From the NCBI GenBank assembly GCA_017506175.1, contig JAFVNW010000043.1, forward strand, positions 19,012 through 83,011: a DNA stretch of 64,000 nucleotides, given 5' to 3'. The translations under genes and the position numbers were made by a program. Source of the DNA: Bacteroidales bacterium (GTDB lineage: Bacteria; Bacteroidota; Bacteroidia; Bacteroidales; WCHB1-69). Within the stretch, counting starts at the first letter, position 1. Each line of letters begins with the position of its first letter. Below the pieces are notes generated by a model. It was given only the letters and a program-made list of their open reading frames with translations, was not told where the DNA came from and ran no database searches. Shown piece after piece: positions 34,997 to 44,516 of the stretch.

Positions 34997-36477
34997 TAGC
35001 GATACTCTAATTTGTTGAGATGGAACACGTAACGCTTGGCCTTGATCGCTTTGTCGCGGTTGCGGATATATTGGTAGCCCGAAACGAGAAAATAGTTCCC
35101 GTACCACGGCTCGATTTCTGTATCCACGTTGTATTCCACCACATCTCGACTGCTCTTCGATTCGATGTTGATGGCGGAGATTTTTTCCAGGATGTCGTAA
35201 CCACTCACCAACATGCTCAGAATCCGGTTGTTGCGCGGATAGTAGATCAGCGTCTCGCCATTTTCGAGAAAAGAGAGGTGAACAATCGGATAAAGTTGCT
35301 TGGTTACGAGATTGTTGAACTGCAAATAGTTGTCCCACAGCAGGATGCCGTTCTGGTCGAAAGTGGTGATGTAGGCGTTCACGTGCTGGTAGCCGATGAA
35401 AGTGGTGGTGCCGGCGTCTCCGAAGTAGCCGTAGCCGTAATAGGGGTCGTAGCCGTGGTATGAGTAGTCGTATTCGGGGTAGAAAACCTCGGTGGCGAGG
35501 GCGTACTGGTTGTTTCCGCTGGCCGTCCGCCCAACCAGAACTTGCAGATTCAGATTGCTGCTCGCTTTCTTGTTGTCGTCGGGGGATTTCGTCTTAAGAT
35601 TGGCGTAGTTGTAGAAATGGGCACTGTCGAGCTCCCAGCCGAGAAGAAGCAGACTGTAAACGCCTGAGTGCAGGTTGGAGGAGTACCTATCCTGCAAGGT
35701 GTTATAGGTGCCGAGCAGCAATGTGGTGTCGGCATTGATGACCATCGCCCTCGCCGAGTTGTAAATGTGGTCTCCTTTGTTCGGTGTTTTGTCCTGAAAA
35801 TTCTGGATCCGTGCCTTTTGGGTCAGGAAATTATATTCATATAGGAAAACTCCGCTCGGATCCTCGCTTTTCGCTTGCGTCAAACCGACCAGCCAGCGAT
35901 GGTTGAAAGTGTCGGGTACGCAGAATTCCATCCGATAGGGAAAGATGTCCCCCAAACTGTACAATTTGTCTAAGTCGTTGTGGTAGAAATAGATACTGTC
36001 TTTCTTGTTGTCACCGGCGTGGATGACGATTTCATCGTCGATGCTAAAAATCTCAAATACTTCTCGGTTCTGCAATTCCCTGATTTCGCGGATGTTGTAA
36101 TGGTGGTCGCTAAGTTGTATGGTTACGAGGAAGTTGCGGACACTCTCTTTTTTGGGAAATCTTTTTTGAAAGAATAGATAGAGGTAATTGTCTGATTTTG
36201 AATAGGATATGTATTCCGTATAGAGGGGAAAAACGATGGTGAAGTGGTAGTTTTTCTGGAAATTGGTGTCATAATGTACGAAAACCCACGACAATGAGTC
36301 TGGGTTGGGGGAGTCTGTAGGGTAAAAAACGAGCACGCCCTCCTCTTGCATATTGGCGAATTGGTAGTCGTTCTGGTCTTTGGCCGACTCCAGTTCGATG
36401 CGAAGCGGTTCGTCAGACTGCGCCCACATCATAAAGGGCGTCAATAATAAAAGTAGAAGAAGTGTTCTTTTCAGCAT
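34996..36477 (-). CDS. Secreted hypothetical protein (494 aa) with a Tyr/Gly-rich segment
   Basis: Start reset to MLKRTLLLLLLLTPFMMWAQ at 36477, 17 nt downstream of a -7 box. No family recognised. The stop overlaps the LRR gene start (TAATG). Confidence 0.6.
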   Translation of the reverse strand: MLKRTLLLLLLLTPFMMWAQSDEPLRIELESAKDQNDYQFANMQEEGVLVFYPTDSPNPDSLSWVFVHYDTNFQKNYHFTIVFPLYTEYISYSKSDNYLYLFFQKRFPKKESVRNFLVTIQLSDHHYNIREIRELQNREVFEIFSIDDEIVIHAGDNKKDSIYFYHNDLDKLYSLGDIFPYRMEFCVPDTFNHRWLVGLTQAKSEDPSGVFLYEYNFLTQKARIQNFQDKTPNKGDHIYNSARAMVINADTTLLLGTYNTLQDRYSSNLHSGVYSLLLLGWELDSAHFYNYANLKTKSPDDNKKASSNLNLQVLVGRTASGNNQYALATEVFYPEYDYSYHGYDPYYGYGYFGDAGTTTFIGYQHVNAYITTFDQNGILLWDNYLQFNNLVTKQLYPIVHLSFLENGETLIYYPRNNRILSMLVSGYDILEKISAINIESKSSRDVVEYNVDTEIEPWYGNYFLVSGYQYIRNRDKAIKAKRYVFHLNKLEYR

Positions 36478-36493
36478 CTTTTGAAATCGCGTG

Positions 36494-36501
36494 CAAAAGT
36501 A
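36494..36501 (-). promoter_or_regulatory. -7 promoter box (TACTTTTG) for the hypothetical/LRR pair
   Basis: The reverse complement of caaaagta lies 17 nt upstream of the ATG at 36477. Confidence 0.5.
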
Positions 36502-36556
36502 CGAAAAGACTTTGATTTTCGCATTGGCTTTGAAAGAAAAGTGTGAAACGTTCGTT

Positions 36557-37000
36557 TTATTTTGTGATTCTCTTCTTCTCAAAGAAGGATTTCATAATGG
36601 TTTCGCATTCTTCGCCAAGCACGCCGCTTCGAACTATGGTTTTGGGGTGCAGAATAGGGGAGTTGAGGGTGGTGAAACCGCGTTTGGGGTCGCTTGCCCC
36701 ATAGACGAGCGTGCCGAGTTGTGCCCATGCGATGGCCCCCGCGCACATCACGCAAGGCTCTACTGTGACATATAACGTACAGTCATTCAAGTACTTGGCA
36801 CCGAGGTGGTTGGCGGCTGCGGTGATGGCCTCCATTTCGGCGTGCGCCGTCACGTCGTTCAGCAGTTGCGTGTGGTTGTGCCCGCGCGCAATCACCTTGT
36901 TGTTCAACACAATCACCGCCCCGATGGGAATTTCATCCTCCGTCAGTGCCTCTTCCGCCTCCATCAGCGCCATCTTCATAAAATAGTCGTCGCTAAACAT
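36557..37000 (-). CDS. tadA: tRNA-specific adenosine deaminase
   Basis: Zinc motifs HAEMEAI and TVEPCVMCAGAI. Confidence 0.9.
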   Translation of the reverse strand: MFSDDYFMKMALMEAEEALTEDEIPIGAVIVLNNKVIARGHNHTQLLNDVTAHAEMEAITAAANHLGAKYLNDCTLYVTVEPCVMCAGAIAWAQLGTLVYGASDPKRGFTTLNSPILHPKTIVRSGVLGEECETIMKSFFEKKRITK

Positions 37001-37057
37001 AATGGTTAAAGTATGATGTATGATAGGTAATTCATTCGTCCAAAGTCTTCCCCTTCA

Positions 37058-39793
37058 CTATTGCACAATGATTTCGTCCATGAAAATAAAGGATGGCGAG
37101 CCGGCGGCGGCATGTTCCTTCGGCAGCGCGCCCGGATTCTTCACCTTGACCATCAAGTACTGGGTTTTGATTTTGAGCTTCTGCAGTTTGAGTTCACCGA
37201 TGCGGTTCCCTGAAATCTGTTCTATATCAAAATGTTGTGCGCGAATCGGTTTGTAACTTTCCCCGTCTTTGCTGGTGTAGATCTCCACATCTTCGGGAGC
37301 AAGAATCCAGTCGTTGAAGTTTTGAAGGTAGCGGATGGTGACGGAGTGGATGTCGGTGGGTGTGTCGAAGTGCAGATGGCAGGCGACATCCTGCTCTTGG
37401 TAGCCCTGCCAGTGTCCGTCCTTGTAATCGGAACTGCCGAGTTCGCCGTCGCAGAGTGCCTGTTCGCCGCCGCCGCTGTATGCCGCGCGATAAGTGCTGT
37501 ATTGCGCGTCGATTTTGGCCAGCTTACCGATTCCTTTGTGATACAGGATATATTTCTCGTTTCGGACCGCAATCACGCTGTCGTTGCGAAATTTTCTGTA
37601 AATGTCTGAATCTCCGATGGTTAGCGTTCTGACGGTGCAGGATTGGGTGAGGGTGATGGGGCGCTCATAAACGGGCGACTGCGCGGTCGGTTCGCTGCCG
37701 TCCAACGTGTAGTGGATGGGAATGTTGTTGAACAGGGTGCGCAGGGTCACTTCCAAGCTGTTCCCGTTGTGTGCGGTTTCGATGAAAACCTGCTGGGGGG
37801 CTTCGTTCAAACGCGAAATCAAACGGTCGTATCTCTGTGCAACCGTGTCACGCCAATAGTTGCGGTATTGCAAGTCCCACAGATGCAGGTAGTCTTGTTT
37901 CAGCCCCTGAAGGTAGTAGGTCAAATCGTTAATGCCATTCATCGTGGTTTCAAACTCCCTGTCCGTGGCAGTCTCGGGTTTTGTGTAATAATTATAAAGG
38001 TAGAATTGGAAGCGGCGGAGCATGAAGTTCACAAGCAGTCGTGAGGCGGCATTCATTGCACCGTAAATCTGTTCGGAGTTTTCGTATTGCGCCTCTTCCG
38101 AAAGTATAAGTTTTTGTAATTCAACGGTTTTCATGGCTGCAAAGCGTTCCCGCTTGAGGTTTGCCAGCATTTCGTCCGTCATTTGCGGGGGCAGGAATTG
38201 CAGCGGTTGGAAATCCCAAAGCGAACTGGTGTTGTAGATTTCGGGCACCGCAGACTGTTCGTAAGTGGAGACGATTCGTATGAAGTCGGCGATGATGTTC
38301 TCGTTGTTATAAAAATGGAAGAACTGGAAGTTGAAGTTGGTGTCGAAGACGCTCAGACGTTGATTCCGCTCATTTTCAGCGTCTCCATGTGTCGTATGCT
38401 GAATGGGTTTCCATGCCATCTCCGCGCCCCAGCCAAGTGCGTGCCAGGCACCGCTGACCAGCGCTTCGCCAGAATCGTTCCAAGCGGTGTTGATCAACCC
38501 CTTCGCCCCTAACTGGTAGCCGTCGCGCGCCATGTTGCAGATGTTCTTCTCGTAACTCGCCATGATGGGGAAGACCGTGCTCCACATGCTCACGCCTGGC
38601 ACCACCATGAAGTCGTAGCCCGCGTCGCGGAACGGCTCTATCATCCCTCGGAAACTGTCGGCGGGGCCGTAACTCCAGACTAGCATGAGGATGTCTTTCG
38701 GCAATTTCCGCATGATTGTGCTGTCTTTCAATACGATGTCGCCCCACATCAGCGTGCGGCGGTTTCTCTTTTTCAGGATGTCGTAAACTTTGAGAATATG
38801 CTCCACATAAACATTCCCCGCCCCGTGCTTCTTCACGAAATTTTTCGCATTCCCTGTTCCAAGTGCCTCTGTCTCATCGCAATTGATGTTGAAGAGGAGA
38901 GACGAGTAGCACTGCATCTCCTCATCCAGAATATTCTCCAGAAAAGTGTAGGTTTCAGGTTCTGCGGGGTTGAGATTGTATTTGCTGTCGGCAAGATAGG
39001 CGTATTTCGGGTTGCTCAATATCTTTTCAAAATGGGCGAAACACTGTTGGTTTCCAACAACTTCCACATAGTAATTTCGAGCGTATTCCGTCAGCTCCTT
39101 GATCTCTTCCGGCGTGAGCGCATCTGCCGGTGCGTAGTCGTAAGTGCTTGACTTGAAAGTGTTTTCAGTATATAGCGTGAGCAGGTTCAATTTGAATTCC
39201 GAAAGTATCTGAATCTGTTTTTTCAGATACTCCATGCTGATGATGGGACCGCGGCTGATGTCAACCATCCACCCTCGTTTTTGCAAATTCGGGTAGTCGT
39301 AAATATCCATGCAGGGAATCTCAACGCTTTGGTCATCAAACCATTCGCGGCAATTGTAGCGGTAGAGTTGTTTCAAACTCTGAAGCCCGTAGAAGAAGCC
39401 CTCTGCAGTAGCCGCCCCGATGGTAATCACATTCTCTTTTACTTGAATGGTGTAGGCTTGGTCGGGATTGTCAATGTCGGGACGGGGATGGTGAAGCTGA
39501 AACACGATGGCCGGATTGTCTGTCCACTCTTCCAAATTCTTTACGACCGAATCCGCATCCCCGAACATGGCACGGTATTGCGAGAGCAGAATGTCGCGGT
39601 TGGGCACAGCCCCATCAAAGAAAAGTACTGGGCGGTACCAGTAAAATACCCCAGGATGTGGAACTATGGTTTGTGGGGCAGGGATGATGCCGACGTTTTG
39701 CTGTGAAAAAAGCGAAAAAACAGGAAGGAAGAAGAGTGCCAAAGCGAAGATTCGCTTGTTAAAATTGCAATGTGGAAGATGATGGTTTCGCAT
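37058..39793 (-). CDS. GH20-family beta-N-acetylhexosaminidase-like glycosidase with a C-terminal discoidin-like domain
   Basis: N-terminus IIPAPQTIV. Blocks RGWMVDISRGPI....LK..I..L...KLN.L and FNINCDETEALG. Start reset to the ATG at 39793 because the track TTG start at 39820 lies inside the -7 box. Confidence 0.7.
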   Translation of the reverse strand: MRNHHLPHCNFNKRIFALALFFLPVFSLFSQQNVGIIPAPQTIVPHPGVFYWYRPVLFFDGAVPNRDILLSQYRAMFGDADSVVKNLEEWTDNPAIVFQLHHPRPDIDNPDQAYTIQVKENVITIGAATAEGFFYGLQSLKQLYRYNCREWFDDQSVEIPCMDIYDYPNLQKRGWMVDISRGPIISMEYLKKQIQILSEFKLNLLTLYTENTFKSSTYDYAPADALTPEEIKELTEYARNYYVEVVGNQQCFAHFEKILSNPKYAYLADSKYNLNPAEPETYTFLENILDEEMQCYSSLLFNINCDETEALGTGNAKNFVKKHGAGNVYVEHILKVYDILKKRNRRTLMWGDIVLKDSTIMRKLPKDILMLVWSYGPADSFRGMIEPFRDAGYDFMVVPGVSMWSTVFPIMASYEKNICNMARDGYQLGAKGLINTAWNDSGEALVSGAWHALGWGAEMAWKPIQHTTHGDAENERNQRLSVFDTNFNFQFFHFYNNENIIADFIRIVSTYEQSAVPEIYNTSSLWDFQPLQFLPPQMTDEMLANLKRERFAAMKTVELQKLILSEEAQYENSEQIYGAMNAASRLLVNFMLRRFQFYLYNYYTKPETATDREFETTMNGINDLTYYLQGLKQDYLHLWDLQYRNYWRDTVAQRYDRLISRLNEAPQQVFIETAHNGNSLEVTLRTLFNNIPIHYTLDGSEPTAQSPVYERPITLTQSCTVRTLTIGDSDIYRKFRNDSVIAVRNEKYILYHKGIGKLAKIDAQYSTYRAAYSGGGEQALCDGELGSSDYKDGHWQGYQEQDVACHLHFDTPTDIHSVTIRYLQNFNDWILAPEDVEIYTSKDGESYKPIRAQHFDIEQISGNRIGELKLQKLKIKTQYLMVKVKNPGALPKEHAAAGSPSFIFMDEIIVQ

Positions 39794-39817
39794 GGGGTGT
39801 ACCTTAAATTCAACGTG

Positions 39818-39825
39818 CAAAAATA
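39818..39825 (-). promoter_or_regulatory. -7 promoter box (TATTTTTG) for the GH20 gene
   Basis: The reverse complement of caaaaata lies 25 nt upstream of the ATG at 39793. Confidence 0.5.
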
Positions 39826-39921
39826 CAATATTTTAAGCACTAAAATAGGTGGCGATAGTGCTTTGTGAATCGATTTCACCCAAATAAGTTAGTTGTGGGT
39901 TTCTGGTTCTTAGTTTTTGTG

Positions 39922-39929
39922 TACTTTTG
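39922..39929 (+). promoter_or_regulatory. -7 promoter box (TACTTTTG) for the U32 peptidase gene
   Basis: Lies 46 nt upstream of the ATG at 39975. The track TTG start at 39927 is part of this box. Confidence 0.5.
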
Positions 39930-39974
39930 CATGCTCAAAGACAAAAGTGCTCACTGCTTTATAACTTATTGATT

Positions 39975-41213
39975 ATGATAGAAATTATGTCACCTGTCGG
40001 TTCGTATGAATCTCTGGCTGCTGCCATTCATGCGGGGGCGGGTTCAGTTTATTTCGGTGTGGGAAAGATGAACATGCGTTCGCGCTCCGCCGCCAACTTC
40101 ACCTTGGATGATTTGCAAAATATCACGGACATCTGTCGCCAAAATAATGTAAAGTCTTATCTTACAGTCAATACCATTATCTACAATTCGGAAGTCGATG
40201 AGGTGAAATGTCTGTTGGATATGGCAAAAAAATGTGGGGTTTCCGCCATCATCGCCTCCGATTTCGCGGTGCTGACCTATTGCCAGAAAATCGGGCTGGA
40301 AATCCATATTTCCACCCAGTGCAACATTACGAACATAGAGGCTGTGCGTTTCTATGCGCAGTTCGCCGATGTGGTGGTCCTTGCGCGTGAGGTGACCTTG
40401 GCGCAGGCAGCAGAAATCTCTCAACAGATTGACAATGAGAACATCTGTGGTCCGAAAGGTGAGAAAATCCGCTTGGAGATGTTCGTGCATGGCGCGCTTT
40501 GCATGGCCGTTTCCGGCAAGTGCTATCTCAGCCTCGACAATTTCAACTCCTCCGCCAACCGTGGTGCCTGCCTCCAACCCTGCCGACGGGGCTATGTTGT
40601 GAAGGATATGGAAAACGAGGTAGAACTGGCCATTGACAACAAGTACATCATGTCGCCGAAAGACCTGTGTACCATAGGCTTTTTGGACAAAATGCTGAAA
40701 GCCGGCGTTTCCATTCTGAAAATTGAGGGGCGAGGGCGTTCGGCGGAGTATGTGAAAGTGACGACCGAGTGCTATCACGAAGCGGTGGATGCCATCAAGA
40801 ACGGGACTTATACGCTGGAAAAGGTTCAGGCTTGGACGGAACGTCTGAAATCGGTCTATAACCGTGGATTTTGGGACGGCTACTATTTGGGCAGGAAGAT
40901 GGGTGAGTGGTCGGAACGCTATGGCTCTCAGGCTACTACGGTAAAAGAGCACATTGGAAAAGTCACCAATTTTTTCTCCAACCTCAGTGTGGCGGAAATC
41001 TTCGTGGAAACCGGCGACATCAGGGTAGGGGACACTTTGATCGTTGAGGGACCGACAACCGGCGTTTATGAAACGGTGGTGAATGAGGTGCGCGTGGAGC
41101 TGAAACCGGTTGAGGTTGCTGTGAAAGGGGAGGCCTGCTCCATTGTCACCAGCCAGTTGGTCCGCCGTGGCGACAAAGTCTATAAGAAGACGCAGAAAAT
41201 TGAAGAGTTCTAA
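39975..41213 (+). CDS. Peptidase U32 family protein
   Basis: MIEIMSPVGSYESLAAAIHAGAGSVYFG and E.FVHGALCMAVSGKCYLS are U32 hallmarks. Confidence 0.85.
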   Translation: MIEIMSPVGSYESLAAAIHAGAGSVYFGVGKMNMRSRSAANFTLDDLQNITDICRQNNVKSYLTVNTIIYNSEVDEVKCLLDMAKKCGVSAIIASDFAVLTYCQKIGLEIHISTQCNITNIEAVRFYAQFADVVVLAREVTLAQAAEISQQIDNENICGPKGEKIRLEMFVHGALCMAVSGKCYLSLDNFNSSANRGACLQPCRRGYVVKDMENEVELAIDNKYIMSPKDLCTIGFLDKMLKAGVSILKIEGRGRSAEYVKVTTECYHEAVDAIKNGTYTLEKVQAWTERLKSVYNRGFWDGYYLGRKMGEWSERYGSQATTVKEHIGKVTNFFSNLSVAEIFVETGDIRVGDTLIVEGPTTGVYETVVNEVRVELKPVEVAVKGEACSIVTSQLVRRGDKVYKKTQKIEEF

Positions 41214-41232
41214 TCCAATAATCCTGTTAAAA

Positions 41233-42150
41233 ATGAAGAAAATCGTGTTGCTGAGTGTGCTGTCGCTTTGCGTTCTTTTTTTGCAAGCGCAGGATATGAA
41301 GACCTACAAGTTTGCTGAGCGTGATACGTGCAGCTTGTATATGGATGTGTATCAGCCGGTTCAGCCGAACGGATACTGTATCGTTTATGTTTTCGGTGGT
41401 GGTTTCATCGGCGGGGAACGCAATAACGAATACGCTGTCTCGTATGCCAAAAAACTTGCGGAAAAGGGATATGTCGTCGTTTGCAATGATTACCGTTTGG
41501 GCTTGAAGGGCGCAAAGATGGACCTGACGCATGTGATCTCCTCGTTGGAGAACGCTATCAATCTGGCAGTTGAGGATTTGTTTTCCGCCATTTCATTTGT
41601 GTTAAAGCATGCGGACGATTTGCATGTCAATGCCGACAAGATTATCCTGACCGGCAGCAGTGCGGGTGCCATCACCGTACTGGAGGCGGATTACATGCAG
41701 GGCAACCGTTTTGATTTGGCGAAGGTTCTGCCCGAAGATTTCCATTTCGCCGGTGTGATGTCGTTTGCTGGCGCGATTTTCTCGCGTAATGGAAAGGTGA
41801 AGTACAGGGTGTCGCCCCCAGCTCCGACGATGTTTTTGCAAGGGACGTCTGACAATCTTGTGACTTACAAGAAGATACGCTTTGCCAATTATGGTTTCTT
41901 CGGCACAAAGCCGTTGGTGAAGCAATTCCAGAAGTTCAACTATCCTTTTTATGCCCGCCGGTACGAGGATTTGGGACATGAGGCTGCCGCATTACATCTC
42001 TATGAGTTTGATTTATCTATTTGGTTTATAGATAATTATGTAGTAAAAAAGCGCAACCTCCAGATTGACGAGACCATCAACGACCCCGATGTGCCGCGTT
42101 GGAAAATCGGGAAAGTGAAGCCTGGACAGGTTTATAATAAAAAACGGTAG
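41233..42150 (+). CDS. Secreted alpha/beta hydrolase (esterase/lipase-like)
   Basis: Start reset to MKKIVLLSVLSLCVLFLQAQ. Oxyanion block VYVFGGGFIGG and nucleophile elbow GSSAGA. Confidence 0.75.
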   Translation: MKKIVLLSVLSLCVLFLQAQDMKTYKFAERDTCSLYMDVYQPVQPNGYCIVYVFGGGFIGGERNNEYAVSYAKKLAEKGYVVVCNDYRLGLKGAKMDLTHVISSLENAINLAVEDLFSAISFVLKHADDLHVNADKIILTGSSAGAITVLEADYMQGNRFDLAKVLPEDFHFAGVMSFAGAIFSRNGKVKYRVSPPAPTMFLQGTSDNLVTYKKIRFANYGFFGTKPLVKQFQKFNYPFYARRYEDLGHEAAALHLYEFDLSIWFIDNYVVKKRNLQIDETINDPDVPRWKIGKVKPGQVYNKKR

Positions 42151-42165
42151 TTTTAAAAAAATGCG

Positions 42166-42173
42166 TATTTTTG
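42166..42173 (+). promoter_or_regulatory. -7 promoter box (TATTTTTG) for the sigma-54 activator gene
   Basis: Lies 19 nt upstream of the ATG at 42192. The track TTG start at 42171 is inside the box. Confidence 0.5.
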
Positions 42174-42191
42174 CACATTAACTTGAAGAAA

Positions 42192-43427
42192 ATGGCTGAA
42201 AGTATAGAAGCTGTTAAAAGTAGATTCGGCATTGTCGGCCAAAACAATGATTTGAACGAGGCGATCCGTGCAGCTGTTACGGTCGCGCCCACGTCGGCAT
42301 CCGTGCTGATTTTGGGTGAGAGTGGCGTCGGCAAGGAGAATATTGCTAAAATCATTCACGAGTACAGTTCGCGCAAGCACAATCAGTTCATCTCTCTGAA
42401 CTGTGGTTCGATTCCCGAGGGAACGATTGATTCGGAGCTGTTCGGGCATGAGAAGGGCGCCTTTACCGGGGCGACAGAGGAAAGGAAAGGTTATTTCGAG
42501 ATGGCGGACAAGGGCACGATTTTCCTTGATGAAATCGGCAATCTCCCCTTGTCGGCGCAGGAACGTCTGCTCCGCGTGCTGGATTATGGCGAGTATATTC
42601 GCGTGGGCTCTTCCAAAGTGCGCAAAACCGATGTCAGGGTGGTCGCTGCCACCAATGCCAACCTCTCCGAACAGGTCTCCAACGGCCGTTTCCGCATGGA
42701 TCTGTATTATCGTTTGACCACCGTGCTGATCAATGTGCCGGCCCTGCGTGACCGCAAGGAGGACCTCCCGTTTCTGTTCGCGCGGTTTGCTGCCGATATG
42801 GCCAATGCAGGCAAGATCCCCGACCCCATCCAGCTCACCGACGATGCGCTTAAATTCATGCAGAACTACAATTGGCCAGGAAATATCCGTCAGCTCAAGC
42901 ATGTGGTGGAGAGCATGTCCTATATGGAAAAAGACCGTCTAATCACGGCGGACACCTTCAGTAAGTACGTGGCCAACGCACCGAGTGTGAAGTACATGCC
43001 CTCGCTGCTCTCCGTTGGCGGCGACCAGTCCGCCTCCTATAACCACAACGTGCTGCTTTCCGTGATTTATGAGTTGAAAAAGGAGGTTGATGCCTTGAAA
43101 AAGGAGGTCGCCGATTTGAAACTGAATGAACAGGTGCGCCGAAGCGGCATTTATAGAGACATCAACAATCAGATTATTGAGCAGACTTCCGTCGGCGATA
43201 GCAAAGTCCCGAAGCAAGTGCTGACCTATCAACCAGTAAAGAGCTACGTGGACCCGATTGATACACCTGCCGAGTCCGTGGCTGAGGACAATTCTGTGGA
43301 ATCGACGGAAAAGCAGCTGTTCCAACGGATTTTAGCCAAGCACAATGGCAACCGCAGGGCCGCCGCCGCCGAACTGAAAATCTCCGAACGCACCCTTTAT
43401 AGAAAAATTGAAAAGTATGGATTGTAG
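42192..43427 (+). CDS. Sigma-54-dependent transcriptional activator (AAA+ plus Fis-type HTH, no N-terminal sensor or receiver domain)
   Basis: Walker A GESGVGKE. GAFTGA loop (EKGAFTGA). C-terminal HTH AAAELKISERTLYRKIEKYG. The AAA+ domain begins within ~25 aa of the N-terminus. Confidence 0.85.
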   Translation: MAESIEAVKSRFGIVGQNNDLNEAIRAAVTVAPTSASVLILGESGVGKENIAKIIHEYSSRKHNQFISLNCGSIPEGTIDSELFGHEKGAFTGATEERKGYFEMADKGTIFLDEIGNLPLSAQERLLRVLDYGEYIRVGSSKVRKTDVRVVAATNANLSEQVSNGRFRMDLYYRLTTVLINVPALRDRKEDLPFLFARFAADMANAGKIPDPIQLTDDALKFMQNYNWPGNIRQLKHVVESMSYMEKDRLITADTFSKYVANAPSVKYMPSLLSVGGDQSASYNHNVLLSVIYELKKEVDALKKEVADLKLNEQVRRSGIYRDINNQIIEQTSVGDSKVPKQVLTYQPVKSYVDPIDTPAESVAEDNSVESTEKQLFQRILAKHNGNRRAAAAELKISERTLYRKIEKYGL

Positions 43428-43926
43428 AAAATTCGCGGTTTTGTTGCTGCTTTCCCTGTGCTTCGTCGGCTGCCGACTCTCCGTCTCGCTGACGGGCGGC
43501 GATGTGGACCCTCGCGCAAAAACGGTCTATGTTCAGACCTTCCGCAACAACGCCTCGCTCGTCAACCCCACGCTGAGCCAAGAGTTCACCAATGCCCTGA
43601 AAGACCGCATACAAGGCCAGACCCCGCTCACCATCATCGATGTTCCCAACGGGGACTATTCTGTTGAAGGCGAGATTACCGGCTACACCATCAATCCGGT
43701 CGCCATCCAGGGCAATGAAACCGCTGCCATGAACCGGCTGACCATCACCGTGAATGTGAGGTTCACCAATAAATTCGACGAAAACAAAGACTTCGAGCAA
43801 TCCTTCTCCCGCTATGCCGATTATTCCAGTTCCCAGAATTTTACTGCTATCGAAGGCAATCTGGTAACGGAAATCAACGATGCGTTGACAGAGGATATTT
43901 TTAATAAGGCATTTGTTAATTGGTAA
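43417..43926 (+). CDS. lptE: LPS-assembly lipoprotein LptE-like
   Basis: Lipobox LCFVGC. V.F.N.A....P.LSQ.FT.AL...I is typical of Bacteroidota LptE. Position upstream of secG is conserved. Confidence 0.65.
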   Translation: MDCRKFAVLLLLSLCFVGCRLSVSLTGGDVDPRAKTVYVQTFRNNASLVNPTLSQEFTNALKDRIQGQTPLTIIDVPNGDYSVEGEITGYTINPVAIQGNETAAMNRLTITVNVRFTNKFDENKDFEQSFSRYADYSSSQNFTAIEGNLVTEINDALTEDIFNKAFVNW

Positions 43927-43936
43927 TTGTAATTGA

Positions 43937-44497
43937 ATGAATAATAATTTGTTAACTGTAAATGAAACCAATCTGGGTGTGCTTCGCAATTTGTGCGAGA
44001 AGTATCCGGCATCCTCAGTCACTGCATTTTTTTATTTGAAAATGCTAAAACAATTGCATCCGGAAGAGTATGAATCCTGCAAGTCGGTATGGCTTTTGAA
44101 CATCCTTGACCATATCAAGTTTGCGCAATTTTCGTTCGAAAACGCTTCCGAAACGGCTCCGACAGATGACATTCCCAAGAAGGATTTCCTCGCTGTCGGT
44201 GTGGACACTTCGGCCGCCGATCAGGATAGAATTGTCTCGCAACTGATTGCAGAATTTTCGGTCGCAACGCCGAAAATCCAGTTCGATCCGGAAAAACACG
44301 ACGGTACAATCAACTACAGCAAACCCAGTCTGGTGGAAGATCCAGACATCGTAAGTGAAACATTAGCAAGGTTTTACCTTAGTCAAGGGTACCCTGGTAA
44401 GGCAATTAAAATTTATAAAAAAATGTGCTTGCTTTTTCCAGAAAAAAGTTGTTACTTTGCAGCCCAAATTTCCAGTATAAAAAACAGTAAGAATTAA
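43937..44497 (+). CDS. Hypothetical protein (186 aa)
   Basis: Clean ORF between lptE and secG with tight spacing. No motif recognised. Confidence 0.5.
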   Translation: MNNNLLTVNETNLGVLRNLCEKYPASSVTAFFYLKMLKQLHPEEYESCKSVWLLNILDHIKFAQFSFENASETAPTDDIPKKDFLAVGVDTSAADQDRIVSQLIAEFSVATPKIQFDPEKHDGTINYSKPSLVEDPDIVSETLARFYLSQGYPGKAIKIYKKMCLLFPEKSCYFAAQISSIKNSKN

Positions 44498-44516
44498 TCT
44501 ATAAAATACTTAAAAA

